A stretch of 63,894 nucleotides of DNA, filler included, from Octopus bimaculoides (lineage: Eukaryota): assembly GCF_001194135.2 (NCBI RefSeq). It is 5 parts of 5 records of this genome, joined end to end, with 100 filler letters (N's around TTAATTAATTAA, not from the genome) between each part and the next. Parts side by side here need not be neighbours in the genome. Positions count along the whole stretch, not along the records: positions 1 to 26,326 come from NC_068988.1; 4 more parts are not named here. The stretch is one strand, 5' to 3'. The notes under the pieces are model-generated. The model did not search any database. It saw only the letters and a list, made by a program, of their open reading frames with translations, and was not told where the DNA came from. Both the position numbers and the translations under genes were made by a program. The first letter of the stretch is position 1, and each line of letters opens with the position of its first letter. Below are positions 1 through 10,967 of the stretch, piece after piece.

Positions 1-100
1 GGTTAATCCAGCATTGTAGAAGACACTTGCCCAAGGTGCCACGCAGTGAGACTGAACCCGGAAGCATGTGGTTTGGAAGCTAGTTTCTTACCACACAGCT
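1..100 (-). mobile_element. tRNA-derived SINE family A (CORE-like, OR-type), 5' head
   Basis: Reverse complement gives gctgtgtggtaagaaactagcttccaaaccacatgcttccgggttcagtctcactgcgtggcaccttgggcaagtgtcttct. This has pol III A/B boxes and the CORE-like ccttgggcaag motif, and matches the copy at 27041. Confidence 0.85.
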
Positions 101-630
101 ATATATATATTTGTGTGTGTGTGTGTGTGTTTGTCTCCACCACTTGACAAATGATGATTTTTTTAATATACTGTGACTTAGAGATTTGGCAAGAAATCAA
201 CAGAATATGTATTAGACTTAAAATAAATACAGCAGCTGATTTGTTTGATCAACCCTATGAAGCAGTGAGTGCCCCAGCATGGCCACAGTCCAGTGACTCA
301 AACAAGTACAAAAAAGAAAAATTAAAAGTGGATAGTACATGCAAAAGTTAGATTATTCATATAATTAACAAAGAAAATTTTCTACAAGTATTAGTGTCAA
401 TTGAGTTAAACCATATGTCCATATATGTTCATAAAAACAACCACTCCTGCAACAAAGTAGTCAATAAGATAAAGGTTGAATACTATACGAAATAAATAAA
501 TTACATAAGTATTATATTTCCCTTTTATGGAGAAAGAAAAAAATTCAAGCAGCATTTATTTCCAATTTAGGGGATTATTGCCAAAATAAGTAAATGAATA
601 AATGAATGAATAAATAAATAAATAAATAAG

Positions 631-746
631 GTGCTACTTTAGCATGCAGTTTACTGCAGTATCCACAGTCTATGCTGTGAAATGACCTGAACAGGGTTAG
701 GGGTTTGGGTTTAGGGTTAGGGTTAGGCTGCATGCTGAAATGGCAC
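631..746. mobile_element. Small inverted-repeat element (MITE-like) with internal TTAGGG-type repeats, copy 1
   Basis: Left end gtgctactttagcatgcag (631-649) and right end ctgcatgctgaaatggcac (728-746) form a 19-bp inverted repeat with 3 mismatches. They enclose gggttaggggtttgggtttagggttagggttagg. Confidence 0.7.
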
Positions 747-769
747 TGAAAAGAAAATATAATTATTTA

Positions 770-1270
770 AAATTTTGGCACAAGGACAGCAATTTTAGAG
801 GGAAGGAGCAAGCAGATTACATCGATCCCAATGTTCAACTGATTCTTATTTTATCTACAATGAAAGGGGATTCGAAACAGAATCCATAACATTATTCATT
901 ATCAGACCAGTTTCTGGTCTTTTGTTTCCTCGTCTCTCTCTGTATTTTGAGATTTATGTGGATGAGTTGACCTCTGAAAACTTCTCTGGTCATAGAAAGG
1001 TCAGAAATATAATTCTGGAGAAATCTTTTGTTTTAGGTTGATCTACTTTAATTGCCAAACATATATAAACACAAGAAATTTATCTATCTTCCTGTTTGAC
1101 CAATTCGACCGTTGGCCGAGTAGCAGGTCTCATGAGTCGTCTGCATTGCCAAGCACAATCATGGACACAAAACTAATGATAACTTTCTGATCACTTATAT
1201 GGCATAACCAGGAATATAGTATGCAAAAGTATAACTCTTTAGGAGTGTAAATTTTTTCCTAACTTACAGG
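770..1270. repeat. Segment duplicated at about 6775-7270
   Basis: Colinear match by eye over about 500 nt, including a SINE B remnant and shared strings such as gatcccaatgttcaactgattcttattttatctac and ctactttaattgccaaacatatataaacacaagaaa. Confidence 0.9.
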
Positions 1271-1315
1271 TGACTATTCATATATATATATATATATATA
1301 TATAAATATATATAT

Positions 1316-1391
1316 AGAGGGACCAGCTATCCGAGTTGATAGTACCAGGGTAGATAAAGCAATTAAGAGTATGAAGACTGGGAAAGCCCCC
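1316..1391 (+). mobile_element. RTE-clade LINE fragment (start of RT domain)
   Basis: Translates EGPAIRVDSTRVDKAIKSMKTGKAP, matching the AI..MK.GKAPG motif at the start of RTE reverse transcriptases. It is cut off by an N gap. Confidence 0.6.
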
Positions 1392-2108
1392 NNNNNNNNN
1401 NTATATATATATATATATATATATATGTCTATATATATACATATAGCTCCTAATATACTCTTAAACCCTGTAAAATAAATCTTCTGTGTTTTTTCATATT
1501 TTCTCTTTCTCTCTTTATATATATATGAATGAGAAATTTAAAAAATGGAGATATAGCATTTAATAAAGATTTATTATCAGCAAAAATCAAACACAGTCCC
1601 TTGCAGCTGTTTCAATTAAGACCAATAAAGATTAAATAAATATTATTAAAATTATTTTTTAGGGAAAAATCTCTTCAGAGGGGTAGGAAAAAAGATATAC
1701 TCTTAGGTTTTTTATGTGTTGTATTATAGAACCATCACACCATCTTCTGTGCTACTTCCACACCAGGTGAAAATAACACAGAAATAAGTCTAAAACATTT
1801 CAATTTAAGAGAGAATTTAATAAAAAATTATATAAAGAAGATATTACTGGTTTCGGTGTATCTCATCTTATCAAATATCAGTAAAAGTTTATAAAAATTT
1901 GAAATAAAAACAGTTTATCTTCTGTCTGGGGCAGGGTCAAGACATGTCAAGAACATAAATATATATGTATCTGTGTGTGTGTGTCCAACTCATGATAACA
2001 GGTGATAGTTTGTTCAGGTCCCTGTTAGTTATGGGCTTAGGGCAAAAAAATCGATAGAATAAGTACTAGACTTAAAAAAAGTACTGGCATTCATTTTTGA
2101 GTCTAATT

Positions 2109-2459
2109 CAATGGTACTCAACCAGTGTCCATATGGCCCCTGAGGGTGCAAATGAGATTTTTGAGGACTCCACACAACAATATAGTAAACTGGAAATCTA
2201 CAATAGAATTTTAAGGGCCCCTAAAAATTTTTGCTTTACATGTATGTATTGGTACATGTAGCTAGAAACAGCTAGGTTTCTTTCTCTAGCATTTTACATA
2301 GTTCAACCTACACAAGTTAACGTGTGTGAAACTAAATAAGAATTTTGAAAGAAGTTTCTATAAAACTGTTTTTTAAACATCGAATGGCTGTTGGGGTCCA
2401 CCAGAATAAAATAGTAATCAAAGGGATCCATAGATAAAAAAAATGGTTGAGAAACCATG
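2109..2459. mobile_element. Non-autonomous hAT (Charlie/MER5-like) MITE inserted in a SINE A copy
   Basis: Termini caatggtactcaacc and ggttgagaaaccatg resemble the CAGTGGTTCTCAACC hAT TIR. The 8-bp TSD is gtctaatt (2101-2108) / gtctaatc (2460-2467). The paralogous SINE near 8060 lacks the insert. Confidence 0.85.
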
Positions 2460-3572
2460 GTCTAATCTTACAAAGCAGGGAGAGCTCCAGCATGGNNNNN
2501 NNNNNNNNNNNNNNNNNNNNNNNNNNNNNNNNNNNNNNNNNNNNNNNNNNNNNNNNNNNNNNNNNNNNNNNNNNNNNNNNNNNNNNNNNNNNNNNNNNNN
2601 NNNNNNNNNNNNNNNNNNNNNNNNNNNNNNNNNNNNNNNNNNNNNNNNNNNNNNNNNNNNNNNNNNNNNNNNNNNNNNNNNNNNNNNNNNNNNNNNNNNN
2701 NNNNNNNNNNNNNNNNNNNNNNNNNNNNNNNNNNNNNNNNNNNNNNNNNNNNNNNNNNNNNNNNNNNNNNNNNNNNNNNNNNNNNNNNNNNNNNNNNNNN
2801 NNNNNNNNNNNNNNNNNNNNNNNNNNNNNNNNNNNNNNNNNNNNNNNNNNNNNNNNNNNNNNNNNNNNNNNNNNNNNNNNTAGAAACAGCTAGGTTTCTT
2901 TCTCTAGCATTTTACATAGTTCAACCTACACAAGTTAACGTGTGTGAAACTAAATAAGAATTTTGAAAGAAGTTTCTATAAAACTGTTTTTTAAACATCG
3001 AATGGCTGTTGGGGTCCACCAGAATAAAATAGTAATCAAAGGGATCCATAGATAAAAAAAATGGTTGAGAAACCATGGTCTAATCTTACAAAGCAGGGAG
3101 AGCTCCAGCATGGGCGCAGTCCAGTGACTCAAACAAGTACAAAAAAAAAAGAGTAAAAGTGTATGGTGAGTGCAGAACTTAGATAAGTCATATAATTAGC
3201 AAAGAAAATTTACCAACAGATATTAGTGTCAATCGAGTTGATGACATACGCCCATATATGTGCATTTAAAAAAAATGCAACGGCAGTCACTGTTATAAAC
3301 AAATTAAAGGTTGATATCATATAAAATAAATAAACGAAATGAATAAATAAAAAAGTTTGCAAGACGCAACGAAAATTTTAGGAAAATAAAAATAAGTGGA
3401 AATTTTACCGGCGAGTGAGTTAAATTATAAGGCACAAAAAGAAAAAAGACTCGCCCCTGACACAACAATAAATAAATGATTAATTTATTAATATATCCCT
3501 TTTATGGAGAAAGAAAGAAAAAACTTCGTTTGTTTCCAACTTACGAGATTATTGTTGAAGTAAATAAACAAC

Positions 3573-3701
3573 ATATTACTTTAGCATGCGGTTGACTGCA
3601 GTATCCGCTGTCTACGCTGTGAACTGATGTGAGTTAGGATTAGAATTAGGGCATAGGGTTTAAGATTACGATTAGGGTTAGGCTGCATGCTAAAGTGGCA
3701 C
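3573..3701. mobile_element. TTAGGG-containing inverted-repeat element, copy 2
   Basis: Perfect 12-bp inverted repeat actttagcatgc ... gcatgctaaagt, extending to ctgcatgctaaagtggcac. The interior is degenerate ttaggattagaattagggcatagggtttaagattacgattagggttagg. Confidence 0.7.
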
Positions 3702-3714
3702 CGAAAATAAAAGA

Positions 3715-3915
3715 GAATGGCTTCAAATTTGGGCACAAGACCAGCAATTTTAGAGAGAAGAATCAAGTCGATTACATCGATCTCAATGTTCAACCGATAC
3801 TTATTCTATTCACCTCGAAAGGATGAAATATCAAGTCGACGTCGGTAGAATTTGAACCCCGAATGTAAAGGGTTAGAACAAATGCCGCGAAGCAGTTTGT
3901 TCAACCTGCTAATCA
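3715..3915 (-). mobile_element. tRNA-derived SINE family B
   Basis: Reverse complement matches the family B copies at 14746 and 17026 (B box gggttcaaattc, central gtcgac...ttcatcctttcgagg, gatgtaatcgact). Confidence 0.75.
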
Positions 3916-4149
3916 TTCTACCACATTACTGCACTAAAGAAAAGAAAATATGATAAAAGAAAATAAAATAGGAATTTCTTAATATATTTACATGCTTAAG
4001 GAAAGGATCGTCTGATCCTTGTTTGTAGGCAATTATAAGCATGTTTCAATCTATTCGACCTCATCAACATAAAAGTGAATAATCAAAACTGAGGTCAACA
4101 GAAAAAATTTTACATTTTCTCTTCTTGTTTTTCTTTTTTTTTTGTGTGT

Positions 4150-4506
4150 GATTTTATCTAGCTTCAGTAATTGTACTGTGACCATACTGTAGCACGACCT
4201 TGAGGGGTTGGAGTCTAACGAATCGACCCCAGTACTTGTTTTGTTTTTTTTCTTAAGTCTAGTACTCATTCTATCAGTCAGTTTACCGAACCGCTAAGTT
4301 ACAGGGACGTAAACAAACCAACACTGGCTGTGAAGGACAAACACAAACAAAAACACAAAAGACACGTGAGTTTATTTTAGTTTCCGTGTACCAAATTCAC
4401 TCGCATGGTTTTAATCGGTTCTGGTCTATAAGTAGAAGGCACTTGCTCAATGATCCACGCAGAGGAACTGAACTTAAGACCATGTAGTTGGAAGTAGACT
4501 TCTTAC
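4150..4506 (-). mobile_element. SINE family A copy, split by the foldback element at 4507-5881 (resumes about 5882-5905)
   Basis: Tail, central and head segments match family A. The head ...ttggaagtagacttcttac continues as gacagccatacctgc after the insertion. Confidence 0.8.
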
Positions 4507-5881
4507 GGTCAATATACAGTTTGAGACCCGTTAACGAAAAAAAAAAAGAAAACACAGCCTACTAGGTGTAGAAAGATGTGTAGAAAACGAATACGAAAAA
4601 AAAAATGCGCAAACGAACGGGGTGGGGAGAAGACCGTCGGAAAATTCCAAAGATCCGATTTTCCCCTCATAACTTTGAGGAAAATGGATATATACTAATG
4701 AAATTTTATAGAAACGCCGTTCAAATGACACAGTTTACGATTATAAAGAAATATCTGGGGAAAATGTTTTCCGAAGGGGTAGGTAGAGGAGTTCACATGA
4801 TCCGTTTTTTCCCTTCGTAACTTCCAGAAAAAATGGATATCTTTTAATGAAGTTTTACAGAAACACATTTCAAACAGCATAGATTACGATTATAAAGAAA
4901 TTTGTGGGGAAAATGTTTTCCGAAGGGGTAGGTAGAGGAGTTCACATGATCCGTTTTTTCCCTTCGTAACTTCCAGAAAAAATGGATATCTTTTAATGAA
5001 GTTTTACAGAAACACATTTCAAACAGCNNNNNNNNNNNNNNNNNNNNNNNNNNNNNNNNNNNNNNNNNNNNNNNNNNNNNNNNNNNNNNNNNNNNNNNNN
5101 NNNNNNNNNNNNNNNNNNNNNNNNNNNNNNNNNNNNNNNNNNNNNNNNNNNNNNNNNNNNNNNNNNNNNNNNNNNNNNNNNNNNNNNNNNNNNNNNNNNN
5201 NNNNNNNNNNNNNNNNNNNNNNNNNNNNNNNNNNNNNNNNNNNNNNNNNNNNNNNNNNNNNNNNNNNNNNNNNNNNNNNNNNNNNNNNNNNNNNNNNNNN
5301 NNNNNNNNNNNNNNNNNNNNNNNNNNNNNNNNNNNNNNNNNNNNNNNNNNNNNNNNNNNNNNNNNNNNNNNNNNNNNNNNNNNNNNNNNNNNNNNNNNNN
5401 NNNNNNNNNNNNNNNNNNNNNNNNNNNNNNNNNNNNNNNNNNNNNNNNNNNNNNNNNNNNNNNNNNNNNNNNNNNNNNNNNNNNNNNNNNNNNNNNNNNN
5501 NNNNNNNNNNNNNNNNNNNNNNNNNNNNNNNNNNNNNNNNNNNNNNNNNNNNNNNNNGAAAAAAAAAAAAAAAACCGATCGGGTGAACTTTTCGAAATCC
5601 TCTCCCCACTTCTTCGTAAGACACTTTCCCCAGAAATTTCTTTATAATCATAATCTGTGCCATTTGAACGGTGTTTCTATAAAATTTCAATAATATATAT
5701 CCATTTTCCTGAAAATTATGAGGGAAAAATCAGATGTGAATTTTCCGAAAGTCCTCTCTCCACCCATCCCCGTTCGTTTGCGCAAATTTCTTGTTTCATA
5801 TTCGTTTTCTACACATTTTTTTACATCCAGTAGGCTAGATTTTTTGGTTTTCGTAAACGGGTCCCAAACTGTATATTGACC
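4507..5881. mobile_element. Non-autonomous foldback DNA transposon with long TIRs, probably Merlin superfamily
   Basis: Termini ggtcaatatacagtttgagacccgtt and cgggtcccaaactgtatattgacc. The inverted similarity extends about 300 nt. There is an exact 8-bp TSD cttcttac (4499-4506, 5882-5889) and internal tandem units of about 148 nt. GG termini plus an 8-bp TSD fit Merlin; no transposase is visible, and 5028-5557 is an N gap. Confidence 0.75.
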
Positions 5882-6599
5882 CTTCTTACGACAGCCATAC
5901 CTGCGATTGTAGGAATTTACATGATGAGAATAATAATCACCATAAATAGATTTGATATAGCACCGTACTCAGCTTCTAGAATTTACTCAGCATAAAACTA
6001 GAGTAGTTTCCGTGGGTTTTCCCCCAAGTTATCGTACCTTTAACAATAGGTACACGTGTAACTAATTGTACACGTTGAATGAAACGTGGCGAGACATCGT
6101 TAAATAGCGATATAGGTATGATGACATATAAAGGGAAATAATTGAAACAGATTTAGAATTGCCTCCCTTGACACATGCGAAAGAGAAACTTGATTTTTTT
6201 TTTCCGTTTGATCCTGGATTTTTCTGTCCTGTCGTAAACGATAGAGGAAAGTTCCACAATTTCTTGCCAAACAACCTATCATAAATTATTTGTTTATAAT
6301 GATCAAATCTTTGTCCCGTTCATTAGCTCACTCTCTCCATTAATATTGAACTTAACTGTACAGATGCACGATGTACCATACGTAAGACATCGAAGTGATT
6401 GCATAGCGAGGTGAAATAAAGTGTTTTGCTCAAGTACACAACGTACGGCTCGGCCCAAGAATGAAAACCACCATCTTGCGATCCAAACCATTGGGCCACA
6501 CGTACACAAAAATGACAGAGGAAGAGAAATGTATACATGTATGAGAGAGGTGCTATACACTTGTAGTAACTGTGATAACTGTTGAAGTCTTTTAGTCAT

Positions 6600-6710
6600 A
6601 TATGGGGCACCATAGCCCAGTCTAGCAAAGAGTTATTATTGTTGGACACATCTCTGGTGTAGGAAGTTGGTTCAGTATTTTTTGAAGAAATTTGTCCAGT
6701 GAAAATTTGT
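6600..6710 (-). mobile_element. CR1-clade LINE 3' end fragment
   Basis: The minus strand encodes SLDKFLQK and, after a frameshift, NNNSLLDW, typical of the CR1 ORF2 C-terminus. Confidence 0.55.
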
Positions 6711-7304
6711 AATAATAATACTGTAATATAATAACAATTCAGTAATAATACTGAAAAATACAATATAATGGTTTCAAGTTTTGGCACACGACCAGCAATT
6801 TTAGAGGGAAGGGGCAAGTCGATTACATCGATCCCAATGTTCAACTGATTCTTATTTTATCTACAACGAAAGAGGATTCGAAACAGAATCTACATTTTTA
6901 TTCATTATCAAATCGATTTCTGGTCTTTTGTTTTCTCATCTCTGCATTTCGAGATTTATGTGGATGAGTTGACACTGAAAACTTCACTGATCATAGAAAG
7001 GTCAGAAATATAATAATGGAGAAATCTTTTGTTTTAGGTTGACCTACTTTAATTGCCAAACATATATAAACACAAGAAACTTATCTATCTTCCCATTCGA
7101 CAGTTGGCCGAGGAGCAGGTCTGACGAGTCGTCTGCATTGCTAAGCGCAATCATGGACACGAGACTAATGATAACTTTCTGATCGCTTATATGACATAAC
7201 CATACTATACAAAAGTATAACTGTTCAAATTCTCTTTAGGAGTGTACATTTTTTCCTAACTTACAGACTAATTGATGTGTATGTATGTATATATATATAT
7301 ATAA

Positions 7305-7910
7305 CTTAGATATGTTTCGACCAAGGATTGGTCTAGGCCATGTCTAACTTAATAGCACCACCTGATAGGATTATCTAAATCCTTTTTACATTTAAATTTT
7401 GTTTATGGTCCATTCAAATAGTGAGTTCTTATTGAGTGAATTGTATCCAGGTATGGATGGCTTGTCTGGTATTCCTTGAAGAAATCTGTCTAGACTCCGT
7501 TTAAAGCTGATAGGATCCTTTTCCTCTTTTATCTGTTTCGGGACAATGTTAAACAGGGCAGGGCCTGTTGAGGAAAAGAAATTATGCCGCAGTGTACTAT
7601 ATGTTGTGATCCTGAATTGGGCAGGGGACGTATGGCCCGTAGTCCCAGCCTTGGATGAACCTTGAAACTAATGTTCAAGCCGTTTGGGCAATGCTGGCGG
7701 TATATTTTCCACATCGTACAGATGATGTACCGCTCGCGGCGGCGCTGAAGAGTAGAACTTCAAGGCTTTAAGGCGGTCCCAGTAATCAAGATCAGTCATG
7801 CCTTCAATTCGTTTAGTGAGTGCCCTCTGGGGTGATTCAATCCTCGAAATGTTTTGTTTTGTATGGGGAGACCACAGGAGGGCAGCAGTATTCGAGATGT
7901 GGCAGTACAA
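7305..7910 (-). mobile_element. CR1-clade LINE, 5'-truncated 3' portion, degraded
   Basis: The minus strand encodes VLPHLEYCC / LWSPHTKQNISRIESPQRALTKRIEGMTDLDYWDRLKALKFYS, the conserved post-RT region of CR1 ORF2, with frameshifts. The 3' UTR contains ggtggtgct...catggcc. Confidence 0.85.
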
Positions 7911-7939
7911 AGGAGGAGAAAAGTGGAATACACATACAT

Positions 7940-8550
7940 GTATGTGTGTGTCCCCCGATTGACAAACGGTGATATTTTGTTTACGTCCCTGTTAGTTATG
8001 GGCTTAGGGAAAAATCGATAGAATATGTACGAAGCTTAAAATAAGTACTGGCGTTCGTTTGTTAGTCTAACCCTACAAAGCAGTAAATGCTCCAGCATGG
8101 TCGCAGTCCAGTGATTCAAACAAGTACAAAAAAATAAGTTAAAAGTGTATGGTGAGTGCAAAAATTAGATTATTATTATAAGTAGCAAAGAAAATTTCCC
8201 TGCAGTTATTAATGTCCATTGAGTTCGTGACATATGTCTATATATGGGCATATAAACAATTACACGGCAATCACTGTTGTAAACAAATTAAAGGTTTGCA
8301 CCATACGAAATAAATAAATAAATAGATGACTAAATAAATGATTAATTCAATATGTCTCTTTTATGGAGAAAGAAAAAAGTAACTGCATTTGTTTCCTGAC
8401 TTACGAGATTATTATCGAAATAAATAAAGGAGATGCTACTTTCGCATGCGATTGAGTGCAGTATCCACTGTCCACATTGTGAAATGACCTGATGTGTGTT
8501 TGGATTAGGGTTAGGGCATTGGATTTAAGATTAGGCTCAGAGTTAGTCCC
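7940..8550 (+). repeat. Duplicated module copy 3 (SINE A tail + spacer + TTAGGG element lacking its right TIR)
   Basis: Colinear with 11265-11880 (close match) and with about 130-750 and 3080-3700 (more diverged). Confidence 0.85.
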
Positions 8551-8554
8551 TCTT

Positions 8555-9190
8555 ATAGATTCTCGTCGTCTCTCCAATACTTTGACAACCTCATCTTCAA
8601 GAAACTTGAATGCTTGATCAATGTCAGACTCTCTACAGAGTCTCGTGACCAGGCTGCTTTGCAACAAACGGTTTGGAGGTCTAGGTCTGCGTAAGTACTT
8701 GTCTCTATTACGTCTCTGTTTTCTTTCCCCCATCCACGTTTGCTCCCCTTTAAGAGACAACTTCTCTCTAACATGGACTAGTTCCAACTGGGAGATGGAT
8801 GAAGCTCTGTTACAGTGGAGAGAAATGGGTTTCTCAGTTAGTTACAATTGGGGATAGACGAAAGCAGAAAGTGTGGGACAATCTGCACACAGGTGTCACT
8901 TTCAACTCTTGATCAATCTGACCAATTTTCAAGATTTTACCTACTTTCTACAAGTGCAAAAATTCTCGAGGAACAAGATTAATGCCCTGCCTGTGACCAA
9001 CATTGGAGGTCTGCGTAGTCTAGATGAGCTCCGCATCTCCATCGCACTCAGAGTGGGAGCTGACGCTTGTGACTGAGATGTCGCTGTGGTAGGCCCTTCG
9101 ATTCCACAGCCCTTCATAGGCTGTTTTGCTGCCTAAATGTTGGTCTCGCTCGTCACACCGAGCTAAACCAAGTCATTAAACGAGCCCTGG
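8555..9190 (+). mobile_element. CRE-clade non-LTR retrotransposon fragment (post-RT region, zinc knuckle, start of restriction-like endonuclease), pseudogenised
   Basis: Joining frames gives LQYFDNLIFKKLECLINVRLSTESRDQAAL..RFGGLGLR ... VWDNL ... NALPVTNIGGLRSLDELRISIALRVGADAC..CRCGRPFDSTALH.L.C...GLARHTELNQVIKRALAR. This matches the CRE-type LP.R.GGLG.R, LR.A.ALR.G, CxC..HxxxC and RH..LN..IKRAL motifs. Confidence 0.8.
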
Positions 9191-10967
9191 CTCGGATTAA
9201 TATCCGGCCAGCATGGCCGCAGTCAAATGACTGAACCAAGTAGATTACTAATAATAGTTGATGTTTTTCCCCTAGGTGGTACTGATCTAGCAAACGTGTT
9301 TTTGTCCGTATACGTATGTATGTATGTATTATGTATGTATGTATGTGTGTGTGTGTGTGTGTATGTGTGTGTGTGTGTATGTATGTCATTCAGCTTTCTT
9401 TCAAGATTTCTTGCCAATAGAAAAAGAGCCGGTTTCTAACCTAGATCCAAGGCTCCTTCATTGGAATTTCTACATCAACAACAGGGTATTTTTGCATGGA
9501 TGTATGTATATGTTGAATGTTTTGTTTTATGCATGTCTTCTCATGCATATACTTGGATATCTAGACATTTATGTATGTATGTATCCTGTTGTATGTATGT
9601 ATGTTCGACGTTTAATGATTTGAAGTCTTCCAGTAAGGAAGTTTCGGATCTTTTCCTAAAAGAGCCGAAGTTTCTAATACAGATACAAAATTCCTTTGTT
9701 GGAATGTAAATAAAAACGCTGTATGTGTGCACGTATTGATGGCTAGATTGTGTGTATGTGTGTGTGTGTCTAAATGAGCATGTGTATGTGAGAGTGAGTT
9801 TGTGTGAGCGTGTGTGTGTGTCTAAGTTAGCATGTGTGTGTGAGTGAGTTTCTGTGAGCAATGTCTGTGTGTGCGTGTGAATGAGTGTGCATGTGTGTAT
9901 TTAATGGGTGACAAGACGTTCGTATAAGCGTAGAATGTGTGTTTGTGTGCGTCTCTGTGTATGTGTGTGTATGCATGTATGTATATATATAGGATAGCAT
10001 CCCTTAAAAATGTATTTTCCACAGATACAATTTTAGATTAGATGCTGTAGAGTATGATGAAACGGGGAAAATGTTTTGAGTTCCACCGCCACTTCCCCAC
10101 CGCACTTTGTTAAATGCATATCTTCAATGAAATTCTCCAGAGATTCTTTTACCGGGATGTAGAACTCGACTTTGCTTCTAATATTTTATGAAGATAATCG
10201 CAATCTTCACCTTCGCAAACAAGACACATGGAATTTTTCATTAAAAATACGCAAGTTTTAGAAAGTTAAAAGCAAAATAAAATCAGTGGGGTAAACGCAC
10301 CTTTGAATGAACATATATTCTTGAATTATTTAATTTTTTTTTTTCTTAAATAATTTCCTTGATTGGAAGGTGACCGTGCTCAGGGAACCGCCTTGTAGCG
10401 TTTAATCGGGCACCACTTGGAAGGGTTATATCGACTCGCAGTACTTATTTCGAAACTTAAGTCTGTATTTAACGGGCCGCTGAGGTACGGGACATAAACA
10501 AACAACACCGGTTTTCAAGCGGTGTTAATATAAAGACTGACAAATANNNNNNNNNNNNNNNNNNNNNNNNNNNNNNNNNNNNNNNNNNNNNNNNNNNNNN
10601 NNNNNNNNNNNNNNNNNNNNNNNNNNNNNNNNNNNNNNNNNNNNNNNNNNNNNNNNNNNNNNNNNNNNNNNNNNNNNNNNNNNNNNNNNNNNNNNNNNNN
10701 NNNNNNNNNNNNNNNNNNNNNNNNNNNNNNNNNNNNNNNNNNNNNNNNNNNNNNNNNNNNNNNNNNNNNNNNNNNNNNNNNNNNNNNNNNNNNNNNNNNN
10801 NNNNNNNNNNNNNNNNNNNNNNNNNNNNNNNNNNNNNNNNNNNNNNNNNNNNNNNNNNNNNNNNNNNNNNNNNNNNNNNNNNNNNNNNNNNNNNNNNNNN
10901 NNNNNNNNNNNNNNNNNNNNNNNNNNNNNNNNNNNNNNNNNNNNNNNNNNNNNNNNNNNNNNTATAT

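Noticed and set aside
950-1020. Possible hammerhead (GGATGAG-T-TGACCT...AGGTCA-GAAATAT) in the duplicated segment
   Set aside because: The core lacks CUG in both copies and no stem I can be formed.
8401-8787. Minus-strand 128-aa ORF (and its twin at 11792-11995)
   Set aside because: Antisense reading of the CRE fragment and the TTAGGG element.
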